A stretch of 64,000 nt of DNA from Octopus sinensis (GCF_006345805.1 NC_042998.1:48484001-48548000), one strand, 5' to 3'; shown: positions 11,892 through 25,446, numbered from the stretch's first letter. The notes: generated from the sequence alone by a model not told the origin. Program-made: numbers and translations.

Positions 11892-12294
11892 CATAGATAT
11901 AATCATAAATGCCATTTATATATATATAATAATAAACTTAATGGACATTATATATTTATAATGGACATTATGTATATATAATGGACTCTCCTGTCGCAGA
12001 TGACATATTAGTGTTCAGCTTTTTGCCGAATGACTTGCATAAAAAAATATGTTTATAGTGATCAGATGTATGCGCTGTACGTTAGCTCAATGTCTCCATG
12101 AAATTGATGTTTGAACAGGTGCAAGGCGAACCACATGCTAGGTTTCGAAGTGATTGCAGAGCAACATGAGAGGAAGTGCTTTACTCAATAGCACAACTCC
12201 CCTCCTGATATTGGACTTGAAACCACGAACTTGTGATCGCGAGTGCAACACCCTAACCACTAGGTCATGTGCCCTGACAATATAGACTCGTACA

Positions 12295-12871
12295 AGGCGG
12301 CGAGCTGGCAGAAATGTTAGCACGCCGGGCGAAATGCGTAGCTGTATTTCGTCTGCCGTTACGTTCTAAGTTCAAATTCCGCCGAAGTCGACTTTGCCTT
12401 TCATCCTTTCGGGGTCGATTAAATAAGTACCAGTTACGCACTGGGGTCGATGTAATCGACTTAATCCGTTTGTCTATCCTTGTTTGTCCCCTCTGTGTTT
12501 AGCCCCTTGTGGGTAGTAAAGAAATAAGTATTTCGTCTGCCGTTACGTTCAGAGTTCAAATTCCGCCGAGGTCGACTTTGCCTTTCATCTTTTCGGGGTC
12601 GATTAAATAACTACTAGTTACGCACTGGGGTCGATGTGATCGACTTAATCCCTTTGTCTGTCCTTGTTTGTCCTCTCTATATTTAGCCCCTTTTGGGCAA
12701 TAAAGAAAAAGGTATTTCATCTGTCTTTCCGTTGTGAGTTCAAATTCCGCCGAGGTCGACTTTTTCATCTTTTCGGGGTCGATAAATTATGTATCAGTTG
12801 CATACCGGGGTCGATGTAATCGAGCGGCCTCCTCCTCAAAAGTTTTGGGCCTTGTGCTGCGAGTAGAAACG
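12295..12871 (+). mobile_element. SINE family A trimer with 16-bp TSD
   Basis: One head plus three tandem ~180-bp units, flanked by aatatagactcgtaca (12279-12294) and aatatagacacgtaca (12872-12887). Confidence 0.85.
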
Positions 12872-12881
12872 AATATAGACA

Positions 12882-12938
<57 letters not shown>

Positions 12939-13714
12939 TTCTCCCTAGACTTGCTTTCGTTATTAAGTCGCTGTGAAATAATATAGAACCAAAATGTAAT
13001 TCGTCAAGTGTACGCCTGTCAAATTAAATATTTGCTCGCTTTTATTTTTCCTCTCGTTTTCTTTTCTTTTTTTTCTTCTAGGTTTTTGCCTTTATTCGAC
13101 TCAGTAATATTGAATAAGTTATGGATAATAATTGCAATCACTCAATGGTTTTTGACAAATGTCGCCTAAGAATCTTTGTATATTAACTTAATAGGGATGC
13201 AACCCTTTCAAGATATGACAATATTTGAAATATATAATAGTGGAGTTATTCGAATTTCGGGGTGAAGAAATGTCTAATGAGGACCTCATTAGAGACAGAA
13301 GAGCCTCGTGTTAAAGAAGGTGTTAGGAGTTAAGATAAAAACCACCGAAAATTTTAACAACTAGTGGTTAGGGTACTCGGCTCACGATTCTAAGGTTGTG
13401 TGTTCGATTCCCGGTGGCGCGTCGTGTCCTTGAGCAAGGTACTTTATTTCACGTTGCTCCAGTCCACCACTCAGTAGTACCTGTATTTCAAAGGGTCAGC
13501 TTTGTCACATATGTGTCACGGGGAATCGTCCCAAGAACGTTAAGGGTACACGTGTCTGTGGAGTGTTCAGCCACTTGCACGCCAATTTGATGACAGAAAA
13601 GATTCTCAGCAGAAAAGATTCTCAGAGAGAGAGAGAAGGGGCCAGGGAGAGATAGAGACGGAGAGAGAAGCTCTAAATTAAATGAATTAATAATGAGTAA
13701 ATACAACGACTAGT

Positions 13715-14008
13715 GGAGGTACATGGCCTAGTTGTTGGAACAGCGGACTCGCGTCGAGGGATCGCGGGTTCGAATCTCAGACCGGGCGAAGTGTGTGTTT
13801 GTGAGCGAAACACCTAAGCTCCACGCGGCTCCGGCAGAAGGTAATGACGAACTTCTGCTGGCTCTTTCGCCACAACTTTCGCTCACTCTTTCCTCCTGCA
13901 TCTTGCAGCTCACCTACGACGGACCAGTGTCCCGTCCAGGTAGGGAACCTATACGCCAAGGAAACCGGGAAACTGGCCCTTATGAGCCAGGCGTGGCTCG
14001 AAAAGGAA
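13715..14008 (+). mobile_element. tRNA-Arg-like SINE family B
   Basis: Head ggaggtacatggcctagt...gcggacTCGcg...ggttcgaatc. Related copies lie at 10770-11015(+), 11410-11700(-), 12140-12270(-), 13365-13590(+) and 39475-39765(-). Confidence 0.75.
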
Positions 14009-14094
14009 TATGCAAAAAAAAAAAAAAACAAAAAAAACAAACAAATACAACTACTACAAGTAATTATACGAATTACACGAACGGAACAATAATC

Positions 14095-14490
14095 TTTTCT
14101 GCTCTAAGCACAAGGCCCGAAATTTTGGAGGAGTGGGCCACTCGATTAGATCGATCCCAGGACGCAACTGGTACTTAATTTATCGACACCAAAAGGATGA
14201 AAGGCAAAGTCGACCTTAGCGGAATTTGAACTGAGATCGTAGCGGCAGTCGAAATACCAATTTCTTTACTACCTACAAGGGGCTAAACACAGAGTGGACA
14301 AACAAGGACAGACAAACAGATTAAGTCGATTACATCGACCCCAGTGCGTAACTGGTACTTATTTAATCGACCCCGAAAGATTGAAAGGCAAAGTCGACCT
14401 CGGCGGAATTTGAACTTCGAACGTAACGGCGCACGAAATACCACAAAGCATTTCGCCCGGCGTGCTAACGTTTCTGTCAGCTCGCCGCCT
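14095..14490 (-). mobile_element. SINE family A dimer
   Basis: Reverse complement of the head plus two units. Confidence 0.85.
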
Positions 14491-14850
14491 TATGAACGGA
14501 ACAATAAAATACGACAAACATTAGTCGTGTTCTTTCAGTAAATAATTACCTTATTCATATTTATCAATATTTGTTATATGTATACATATGGGGTGTTTGT
14601 GTGTACGTTTCTGTGTATGTGTTTTGTGTATAGCCTACATATTATGTTATGTTTAATTCTGGAGTGTTTCAAATCATTATTTAGAAGTTTGTCCGTATTT
14701 TGTGACTAAGAATATACTAAAAGAATATACTGTGTGAATGTAGCTCATGCGGAATTTGATTTTGCTTCACACCGTTTCCCTTTCCAATAAACCTATCGAC
14801 GATATATGTGAAGACAAATACATATATATAATGTTATATATATATATATT

Positions 14851-14906
<56 letters not shown>

Positions 14907-14926
14907 ATAATATAATAATAATAATA

Positions 14927-15200
14927 AATATTAGGGAATAAATCCAAATTTACAGGGAAAAAATCATATAGATTTAGGATAAATCCAATTTTATAGTAAA
15001 ATATTATAAAATATTATTAGAGACAAAACCACTATTTTGCAAAACAAACAAGGAAAGACTTAATCAATACATAAATTTAATAAATAGTCAAAAAAAACCG
15101 CCACTACAATTGTTTCTTGTCTTGATCGACAATCTTCAGGTGGACTTCCAATCTAAAATATCAATATTTTAAAATATAAAAATAATAATTTTAAAATAAT
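14927..15200 (-). mobile_element. PLE-derived pseudo-LTR module (family W) next to (TA)n/(TAA)n
   Basis: Contains an HHR. An inverted-orientation copy of the same module lies at 22424-22733. Confidence 0.7.
15101..15143 (-). ncRNA. Type I hammerhead ribozyme, intact core
   Basis: ccac CTGAAGA TTGTC-gatcaa-GACAA GAAA CAATTG TA gtgg: all three stems are consistent, stem III is palindromic (ACAATTGT), and the cleavage triplet is GUA. Confidence 0.88.
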
Positions 15201-15559
15201 TAAGTATGAATGAAAAATATAAATATATAATCCATATATAACCTATATATAATCCATATATAATCAATATATAAACAATTATAAACTAAAATAACCTATC
15301 AACAATTAAATATAAAATATAAAATATAAAATATAAAATATAACCAAAACAAAAAATAATAATATATATAATAAACTATATTACACCCATACACAATACT
15401 AATTATATATAAACATATCTAACTACATACACTAAATCACACACCTATATATATATCCCTATACATACACATAAAAACGTCTAGGCAACTATAAATAAAT
15501 AAAATAGCTAATACTTTCAAACCAATACTTATTCATACTCCCACACACACATACAAACC

Positions 15560-17220
15560 ACATTCACGCTCTAGAAAACGGACATCACTTAAAATTATGA
15601 ACGGAGAAATGGAATAAATGGAATTAAAAATTATATTCACTTGGTAAAACGAACACTACTTAAAAATTATGAATGAAACAATGCAATAAAACAACAGACA
15701 TCGCAAATAGACACAAATTACTACGAATTCCTTAACAAACCTACCATTAAACCAATAACTCATAAAAACATATAATGATAAAATCTCCCTTTACTAAACT
15801 CTATAACATACCTATATAGCAATCCCCCTACCTAAACATTCACACACAAATACACACACGTAAACCACACACCCACGACATATACAAATACCCACACCAC
15901 TTACACATACCAATACATACATATAAACCTCAACATATACTCCAAAAACCCACTCAACCCCACACAGACAAATAAACACAAAAATTATGAATGGATTCTT
16001 TTATAAAACTACCATGATAAGCTAAAACTCACAAAACATAAATGATAAAACCTCCCTTTACTAAACACTATAACATACTTATATAGCAATCCCTTTAACC
16101 TATACATTCACACACCAAAACACACGTAAACCACACACCCATAACAAATACAAACACCCACCCCACTCACACACACCCACAAGTACATATAAGCCTCAAC
16201 AATACACCAAACAAAATTACTTTACCAAGGAACTTAACATATGTATAAAAAGTATAACCGCTCTGGAAACGAACATCTTTTAAAATAATGAATGGAGAAA
16301 TGGAATAAATGGAATTAAAAATAATATTCACGTGGCAAAACGAACACCACTCAAAAATTATGAATGAAACAATGTAATAAAACAACCAACATCGAAAATA
16401 GACAAATTACCACGAATTCCCTAAAAAAAACCATGATAAACCAAAACTCTTAAAACCTATAACGATAAAATCTCCCTTTGCTAAACTCTATAACAAACCT
16501 ATATAGCAATCCCCCTAACCTAAACATTCACACCAAATACACACACACGTAAACCACAACCCACGACTTACAAATACCCACCTATACACATACCTATACT
16601 AACTTATAAACCTCAATATACACCAAAAACCCACTCCCTCCCCACACAGACAAATTAACACATACATCCCAAAACCTAAATAACAAACCCATATACACAT
16701 TCACACACAAACACACACACACGCAAAACACACACACACAACAGATACATATACTCCCTCACATATACGCATATACATACTCACTAAACTCGATATATAC
16801 AACAATATTTACACACCCACACTCATACAGATAAATAAATTATACAACTAAAAACTCACACACACAATCTCATATACATAAACACTCCAATGAAAACAAC
16901 ATTAAATACATCGTAATTAACCAGAATATCAAAAATAACAATATGACATAAGGAGAAATAATACATACTTACAAGTCAGTTTCAAATTATGAAGTGAAAT
17001 TAAATTCTTAGCCGTTAAAAAAATCAAACCAAAATTACGTTACCATAGAAATATAACTTATGTAAAAAAGAATACGCGCCATGGAAAGTAAACGTCATTT
17101 AAAATTATGAATGGAGAAATAGAATAAATGGAACTAAAATCTATATCCACGTGGCAAACCAACACTACTTAAAAAATTTTATTATGAATGGATTCTTTAA
17201 TAAAACTACCATGATAAATT
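15560..17220. repeat. Strand-skewed (C/A-rich, G-poor) higher-order tandem repeat
   Basis: Block A (atgaatggagaaatggaataaatggaatt) at about 15597, 16288 and 17107. Block B (gataaaatctccctttactaaactctataac) at about 15775, 16042 and 16462. Confidence 0.8.
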
Positions 17221-18630
17221 ATTATATACATTTATGAGCTTTAGCTCATCTTAGCAGCTCTAACAAACAACTTGCAGTAACCCAAGTCTATTCTCGATGC
17301 CTACCTTACTACTACACTATTCCATTCCCAATTCAAGCAACGCTAGCCCACCACCCGGTTACAATTCCCAAGCTCCACCCATTCATTCACAATTTCAACG
17401 ACGTTCGCCTCCACAGCGCTACGTATTAGCCTCAATATATACACCGGTGATTCGCTTTCACATCCGTGCGGATGGGTGAGAGTATACATTGAGTGAAGTG
17501 ATGGGGCTCCCTTTACTATACACATTTGTACCTGTGTGGTAGTATCCATGTGTATATTCACGCACGGGTATAAATGTCATTGTATGGGTGTGGGTTTCAT
17601 GTTCTGTATATTTGGGTTAGTGTGTATAATTGTATACATATATGGTGTATAATTGTATACATATATGATTGGTGTTGTATACATATATGATTGCTGTTGC
17701 CACGTCCAAACGGAGTATAAATGTCATTGTATGGGTGTGGGTTTCATGTTCTGTATATTTGGGTTAGTGTGTATAATTGTATACATATATGATTGGTGTG
17801 AGTGGGATTACGCCCATTTTTGGGGATGTATGTGTTTATTTGTCCGTGTGGGGCGGGAGTGGCCGTTTGGTGTATATGTTGAGGCTCACATGCAATTACA
17901 GGTACGCGCGAATGAAGTGGGCACTTATATTTGTTATGGGTACTTTATTAAACCACACACCCATAACAAATACAAACACCCACCCCACTCACACACACCC
18001 ACAAGTACATATAAGCCTCAACATATACACCAAACAAAATTACTTTACCAAGGAACTTAACATATGTATAAAAAGTATACATTGAGTGAAGTGATGGGGC
18101 TCCCTTTACTATACACATTTGTACCTGTGTGGTAGTCTCCATGTGTATATTCACGCACGGGTATAAATGCAGGGGGTACACGCGCACGGCATGTGCGTGT
18201 ACCCCCTCACATGTACATATGCATGCTAGTGGCTCGATATGTGCAACGGTGTAATCGCGCCCGCATACATGCAGATGGGCGAATTGCACAATCAAATACG
18301 CCACGTGTGTGTGTGCGTTCCTTGGTTGTGCAGTTCACCATCTGGGTGTGAGTGGGTGTAAGCGTATTGCTGTGGATGTCGAGCTTGATACGTATGTATA
18401 TGAGTGTGTATTGGGGGTTGTACGTATTTGTTTGTTTGCATGTGCTTCACGCACGTGCGTCCATGTATGGATGAATATTGGGATTGCTATGTGGGTGTAA
18501 ATTGGGTATGGAGGGGGAGTTTTGTCATTGTATGGGTGTGGGTTTCACTTATGATGGTGGTTTGTTGGTGATTTTTGGTATGTTCTGTATATTGGGTTAG
18601 TTATTATATTATTCTAGTGTGTATGTAATG

Positions 18631-18676
<46 letters not shown>

Positions 18677-18696
18677 TATATATATAGATATATATA

Positions 18697-19075
18697 CCGG
18701 AGTAAGCACAAATGTGAAACAGGTGAAACAAGAGTACTCATATACCAGAGGTAGAGTAATATGCTTTATTTAAAAGCAGCAGAAATATAGCAAAAGCTGT
18801 TACTCAGAGTTTCACGTTCCCGTTAGTCGGACAGTTTTCTTAAAATAGAATGGTTCTATATATATACTTCAAAAATATCTAACCGCACGTAATTGTTGGC
18901 GATTTACTTCTTTCCTAGTCTTGGACTTTCCTGATTCTTCCTGTTTCCGAAGTAGAACTATGCTCGAAACTTAAAACTTCTACTCTTTTCCTTCTCTCAG
19001 CATCTTATTAATACATTGCTGTTGCCACGTCCAAACGTTTGTTTCTTTTTTTTTCTTTTTCTCTGTGTTTTCTCT
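18697..19075. mobile_element. Back-to-back pseudo-LTR modules from two different PLE-derived families, each with a degenerate HHR
   Basis: 18797-18834(-): ctgt CCGACTA ACG-ggaa-CGT GAAA ctctgag TA acag. 18943-18977(+): gttt CCGAAGT agaactatgctc GAAA c tt aaaac, homologous to the module at 26590, 54465 and 63075. Confidence 0.65.
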
Positions 19076-19109
<34 letters not shown>

Positions 19110-19574
19110 GGTTATTGTTTTTATTATTATTCTATTATTATTATTATTATTATATTATTATATTATTATATTATTATTATTTAATATATATATATATTAC
19201 ATAATAATAATAATATATGCATGTATACGTACATATATGTACATATTTATATATGTATATACATATGCATATATGGGTACAGGACGTCATAGAACGTAAA
19301 CAAAATGAAGTACGAAATACGAATACATTTCGTCTGTTCAAATTCCGTCGAGGTTGACTTTGCCTTTCATCCTTTCGGGGTCGATAATTTAAATACCAAT
19401 TGCGTACTGGGGTCGTTCTAATCGACTGGCCCCCTCCCCCAAAATTTCGGATCTTGTACCTAGAGCAGAAAAGAATATGTAGCAGATGCAACAGAGTGAC
19501 TCACGAAGCTCTCGGACCTTGAATCGTTCTGTTGCTTCTTCTAAATATGAATATAGGTATATTTGTGTGTGTAT

Positions 19575-19620
<46 letters not shown>

Positions 19621-19646
19621 TGCGTGTGTGTGTTTATGCTTTAATA

Positions 19647-19684
<38 letters not shown>

Positions 19685-22339
19685 TCATACATATGTGCAT
19701 GCATCTATTTATTGTTTTACTCTTGCACTGAAGATATCCAGCAGCTTAAATTTGATGGTAACAGTAAAGAATTTGTTGATTAATTTATATTTCTATGAAT
19801 CATATTTGATAAGAATTTTAAATTGAAAACCACATATTGATCCATCCCTCAAGTAAATAGTCAATACTCTCAGTATCTTATCTCGTACGAAAAATTAATT
19901 TCCCAGTCATGTGCAACTAAACATTTATCAGACTCTTATTAGCTGTCATCGAAACTCTGGTATTATTGTGTGCGGTCGTCATTCTAGTGAAGACGAAAAT
20001 TTCCAACATGGAGCCCTGAGACTAAATTTAAATAAAACACATAACTCTGAACATATTGATTATTTATCTATAGTAATACACAAGAATGAGCTTTTTCAAA
20101 GTCGTATACATGGCACAAATCAAATTCTGCCATATATTTTCGTGTTGGCATCCAGCCCAAATGTCTACTGGCTCCATCATTTATCAAACGACATTAATAG
20201 AACCACTTATTCTTGTTCGCGTAACGAAAAACAACGTTCAGAAGACTCGCTCATACTCGTAATCCCTTTTCACAAATTATTCCGAATAAGATAAACCTGT
20301 TTAAAAACAGGAAACCTACAAGTTTTCAATAAGCTTATAAATAATGGATACCATAAATACGGCAACATAGATATAAAAATTTCTGTTCAAAACAGAAGCC
20401 ATCTGTTTCTCCATAAAAGTCCAATGATAAAATGCATGTTATCTCCTTAAATTGTTGATCATTCGCATGGTATCAACAAATACGTTATAGCTCCAATATT
20501 TAATAAATCATTTCTTCGTAAGAGAGTAGGCGTTTCTTTCGATTGTTTTTCTCTTTTGTAACGCTTTTGTTTTATCATTTAAAAAGCACTAGACATATTT
20601 CTTCAGTTTTTAACGTCTGAATTCGAATCTAGCCGAGGTCAAATTTCCCTTCCATCCCTGCGATGTCGGTAGAATAAAGTACTAGTCACATGCAGGGTTT
20701 AATTTCATTAACCAATGTCCTCCTCGAAATTTCAAGCCAAGTGCTTTTACAAGAAACAATTCTTGTTACTGCCTAATATAGAATTCGTTACCTGCTACAA
20801 ATAAAAAAAATATCGTAAGATAAAACTGAATTGTACATACATACACACATACACACATACATACATACATACATACATACATACATACATACATACATAC
20901 ATACATACATACATACATACATACATACATGCATACATATACACATGCATGCATACATACAAGTACTTGATTATGCTACTGTTTCCCTGAATTAAGAGAT
21001 CTAGTTGTTTCCTCACACGATACATATAATACTACTACTGGATAACACAGGCTAAATCTGAAAGTGGATGAGCTTTATATTGTATTCTACTACGTTCTTA
21101 ACAGAATATACCATAACTCTTTACTCTTTTAACTCTTTTACTTGTTTCAGTCATTTGACAGTGGCCATGTTGGAGCACCACCTTTTGTCGAGTAAATCCA
21201 CCCCAGGACTTATTCTATCGGTCTCTTTTGTCGAACCGCTAAGTTACGTAAACACACCAGCATCGGTTGTCAAGCGATGTCGGGTGGACAAACACAGACA
21301 CACACACATACAGATATACATATACATATATACGACGGGCTTCTTTCAGTTTCCGTCTACCAAATCCACTCACAAGACTTTGGTCGGCCCGAGGCTATAG
21401 TAGAAGACACTTGCCCAAGGTACCACGCTGTGGGACTGAACCTGGAACCATGTGGTTCGTAAGCAAGCTACATACCACACAGCCACTCCTACGCCTATAT
21501 ACATACATATATTTTGTGTGTGTGTCTGTGTGTGTGCGCGCGTGCGTGTGTGTGTATGTGTGTAGCTGCGTTTAGTGTTGGCTGCCGGAAATAAAAGCAC
21601 TCAATACCATAGTAGAGCTTAATGATATATTTTACTTTGGTCAAGTCTGAGCTTCACCTGTGGGTACACAGGATTTTCAAGCAAGTTGCTTGAATAAATG
21701 TGTGTATGTGTGTGTGTAAGTATTGTTATTGTAAAGCCCTACTTTAAAATATATAACATTAAACTGAAGAATTTTTTTAGTAAATACTTTTTAGTAAAGT
21801 GCATTTTTCTTTAAACAATATGAGAGGTGACAGTAACGTCGAAGCTTTGGTCTGCTGCCCTTCGTCTGACTGACTGTCAGGCAAATGTTAACTAGCCGAG
21901 AGTTCTCTCGGAGATGCTTGACATTCAGTCTTGGTGTGTTTAAACTTCCGCAATTAGCAGTTCAGCAATAAGAGACTGGTAGAATAAGTAGCAAACTTTA
22001 AAATATATATATACTGGGGTTCAGTTACTCGCTAGAAAACAAAACGAAAAAAACTTTTTAAGGCGGTGCGACAGTATGAGCGCACTCCAGTGACTGAAAC
22101 AACTAAAGGACAAGTATACATTTATGTACATATGTATGTTTAGATACATATAAATATATATATATATATATATTGAGAGAAATGGTAAGACAAGAAAAGA
22201 ATGAAAGAGACCTCGATATTATGTAAATAGAGGAATTTATCTGTAAATATAATTGTCACATATTATATATATACATATATATATATACATATTAATACAC
22301 ATATATATATACATACATACATATGCAAGGTAATATGTG

Positions 22340-22412
<73 letters not shown>

Positions 22413-22423
22413 GTATATATATA

Positions 22424-22733
22424 TTCTAGTATAATTTTTCATTGATATTTTATTATTTTATTATTTTAAATTATTTTAAATTATATTTTAAAATATTGAT
22501 ATTTTTAGATCGAAAATCCACCTGAGATTGTCGGTAGCAGACATGAATGAAACATTTGTAGTGGCGGTTTATTTAATTTATATTAAAATTTTATGTATTG
22601 ATTAAGTCTTTCCTGTTTGGTTTTAAAATAGTGGTTTTGTCTCGAATTATATTATATAAAAATTTACTATAAAATTGGATTTACCCTAAATCTGATTTTT
22701 CCCTGTAATTTTGGATTCATTCCCTAATATTTA
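22424..22733 (+). mobile_element. PLE-derived pseudo-LTR module (family W) with degenerate HHR at 22518-22564
   Basis: Reverse complement of 14927-15200. ccac CTGA-GA ttgtc...gaca tgaat GAAA catttg TA gtgg lacks N7. Confidence 0.7.
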
Positions 22734-22773
22734 TTATAATGTATATTATATATATATATATATATATATGTAC

Positions 22774-22881
<108 letters not shown>

Positions 22882-22925
22882 TATATACATATATATACAT
22901 ATACAAATATATATACATATATATT

Positions 22926-23212
22926 AAGTCAGGTCTCTGAGCTGGCCAGTCTTGCAATACGGTATCACCTTCATTATCCAGACTCTGATGTGTTTCACGC
23001 AATTTGTAGCATGGAACTCCGTCATACGGAAAAAATTTCACATTCATCTATGTCTGGTATCAAATTGTCCTTCAACAACTGAATGGATCCAACAGGATCA
23101 ATGTTTCATTTGTAAACAAACGCAATGCGAAACATCCTCTTATAAGTTGGCAATTAGTAGAAATTCATAAAGGTTTAAAGTGGCCGAATACTTTTGCAAG
23201 GTAATGTGTGTG
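22926..23212. mobile_element. Rearranged partial copy of the adjacent Tc1 element
   Basis: 22926-23088 is an inverted copy of 23459-23621 (6 mismatches in about 163 nt). 23088-23212 is a direct, apparently identical copy of 24001-24125 including the TIR. Confidence 0.85.
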
Positions 23213-23254
23213 TATATATATATATGTATGTATATATATATATATATATATTTA

Positions 23255-24119
23255 CAGTACCGAGCAAAAGTCTGCGGTAAATGTCCTAATATGCAAGAAT
23301 TTGTCAGAAGGCCACCCCAGGAAAGAGAAAGGATCCACGTTATTCGACCGACGAAAGTAGTGAAGTTTGGGGATAAGAATCTGCTGCTTTAGGAATATAT
23401 AAAAAGTAATGGTTCAAGAAAGTTGATTAAATTTGACAATAACTTGAATAGTACCAAATCCATTCAGTTGCTGAAGGACAATTTGATACCAGACATAGAT
23501 GAATGTGAGATTTTTTCCGTATGACGGAGTTCCATGCTACAAATTGCGTGCAACACATCAGAGTCTGGATGATGAAGGTGTTACCGTATTGCAAGACTGG
23601 CCAGCTCAGAGATCTGACTTAAATATCATCGACAGAACTAAAGAGAAGAGCTTGTCAGAAGAATTCATGCAATTTTGAAGAGTTGTGAGAACTCAGCCAG
23701 AGAGAATGGCTTGGGAAAATGGTGAAGGATTTGTACACATCTCTTCCCAGGCGCAGTAGCAATTATTCAAGCGAAGAGAAGTCATACGACATATTAACAA
23801 TGTACAGTAACTTCTTGAAATAAACATTATATAATAAATTTTCATTATAGACATATTTCCGTTTTAAAACACTGTATCTTCATTGGTTTATGAAAGATGG
23901 CCAAAAACATTTGCACAGCCATTTTTGGTGGTCGTCTCGCGTCTTTACCTTTCATCCAGAACTCCTACTGCAAAATATAATGGTTCGGTATGGAAATGAC
24001 TCCAACAGGATCAATGTTTCATTTGTAAACAAACGCAATGCGAAACATCCTCTTATAAGTTGGCAATTAGTAGAAATTCATAAAGGTTTAAAGTGGCCGA
24101 ATACTTTTGCAAGGTAATG
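23255..24119 (+). mobile_element. Internally deleted Tc1 (DDE) element
   Basis: TIRs TA-cagtaccgagcaaaagt ... acttttgcaaggtaatg. The degenerate C-terminal catalytic region reads DGVPCY ... [14 protein letters not shown]. Confidence 0.8.
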
Positions 24120-24124
24120 TGTGT

Positions 24125-24138
24125 GATATATATATATG

Positions 24139-24185
<47 letters not shown>

Positions 24186-25081
24186 ATATATAGATATATA
24201 TAATATATTATATTATATTATATATAATATGTATTTATATATATGTATATATATTATATATATATATATATATATATGTATAATATATGTATATATATAT
24301 ATATGTATATATGTATATATATTATATATGTATATATTTGTATATGTATATATATGTATATATATGTGCGTATATTATATATGCATATACATGTATATAT
24401 TATATAGTATATGTATATATATGCATATATATGTATATATAATATGTATATATATATATGTATATATATGTATATATATATATGTATATATATGATATAT
24501 ATATGTATATATATATATGTATATATATGTATATATATGTATATATATATATGTATATATATATACATATATATGTATTTATATATATGTATATATATAT
24601 ATACATGTATATATACACAGACAGACAGACAGATAGATAGACAAATAGATAGATATATAGATAGATAATTGAAGATAACTCACTGATAGAAAGCAAGTCC
24701 ATTTTTCTGATCGTCATTGTCTGTCATGTACTCAGAATGGAATCAAGAGACACACTAAACCAACGAATTAGGTGGCTGCCCGCGTTTACTGGGAATAAAG
24801 AGATAAATCGAAACAATAAAACGCGATTCTGAACACAAACAAAAACAAATATGAAATCGATATATGTATGAAATAATCCGTGAAATTATCCAACAAAGCG
24901 CTGCGAAATATTGACGGAAGAAAATCTAAGACATTCAATATTTTTTTTTTTCATTTTATATACGTAGTTTGCGCAGAACTCATACCTTTCCTCGTTACTC
25001 TCTTCTCTATTGTATTATATATATGTACGTGTGTGTATATGTATATATATATGGATGGATGCATATATGTATACATATGCA

Positions 25082-25146
<65 letters not shown>

Positions 25147-25309
25147 GTATGTATATATATATATTTATATATGTATGTATGTATATATATAGATATATAT
25201 ATTTATATATATATGTATGTATATATATATATATTTATATATATGTATGTATGTATGTATGTATATAAATATGTATATATATATGGATGGATGCATATAT
25301 GTATACATA

Positions 25310-25345
<36 letters not shown>

Positions 25346-25415
25346 AAATATATATAGATATATATATATGTATTATGTATGTATGTATATATATATATTT
25401 ATATATGTATGTATG

Positions 25416-25446
<31 letters not shown>

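Noticed and set aside
12300-12870. Regularly spaced repeats resembling a CRISPR array
   Set aside because: The units are ~180-bp SINE tandem copies without unique spacers, in a eukaryotic context with no cas genes.
17297-17479. Proline-rich ORF with a PPPGY (PPxY-like) motif suggesting a Gag late domain
   Set aside because: Only 60 aa in C-rich skewed sequence, with no other Gag or LTR features.
21831-21872. HHR-like remnant on the minus strand (cagt CAGACGA...GA CG TT actg); similar faint remnants near 57675-57725 and 58210-58235
   Set aside because: The core is too damaged (GAAA missing, U4 or A6 altered) to call from sequence alone.
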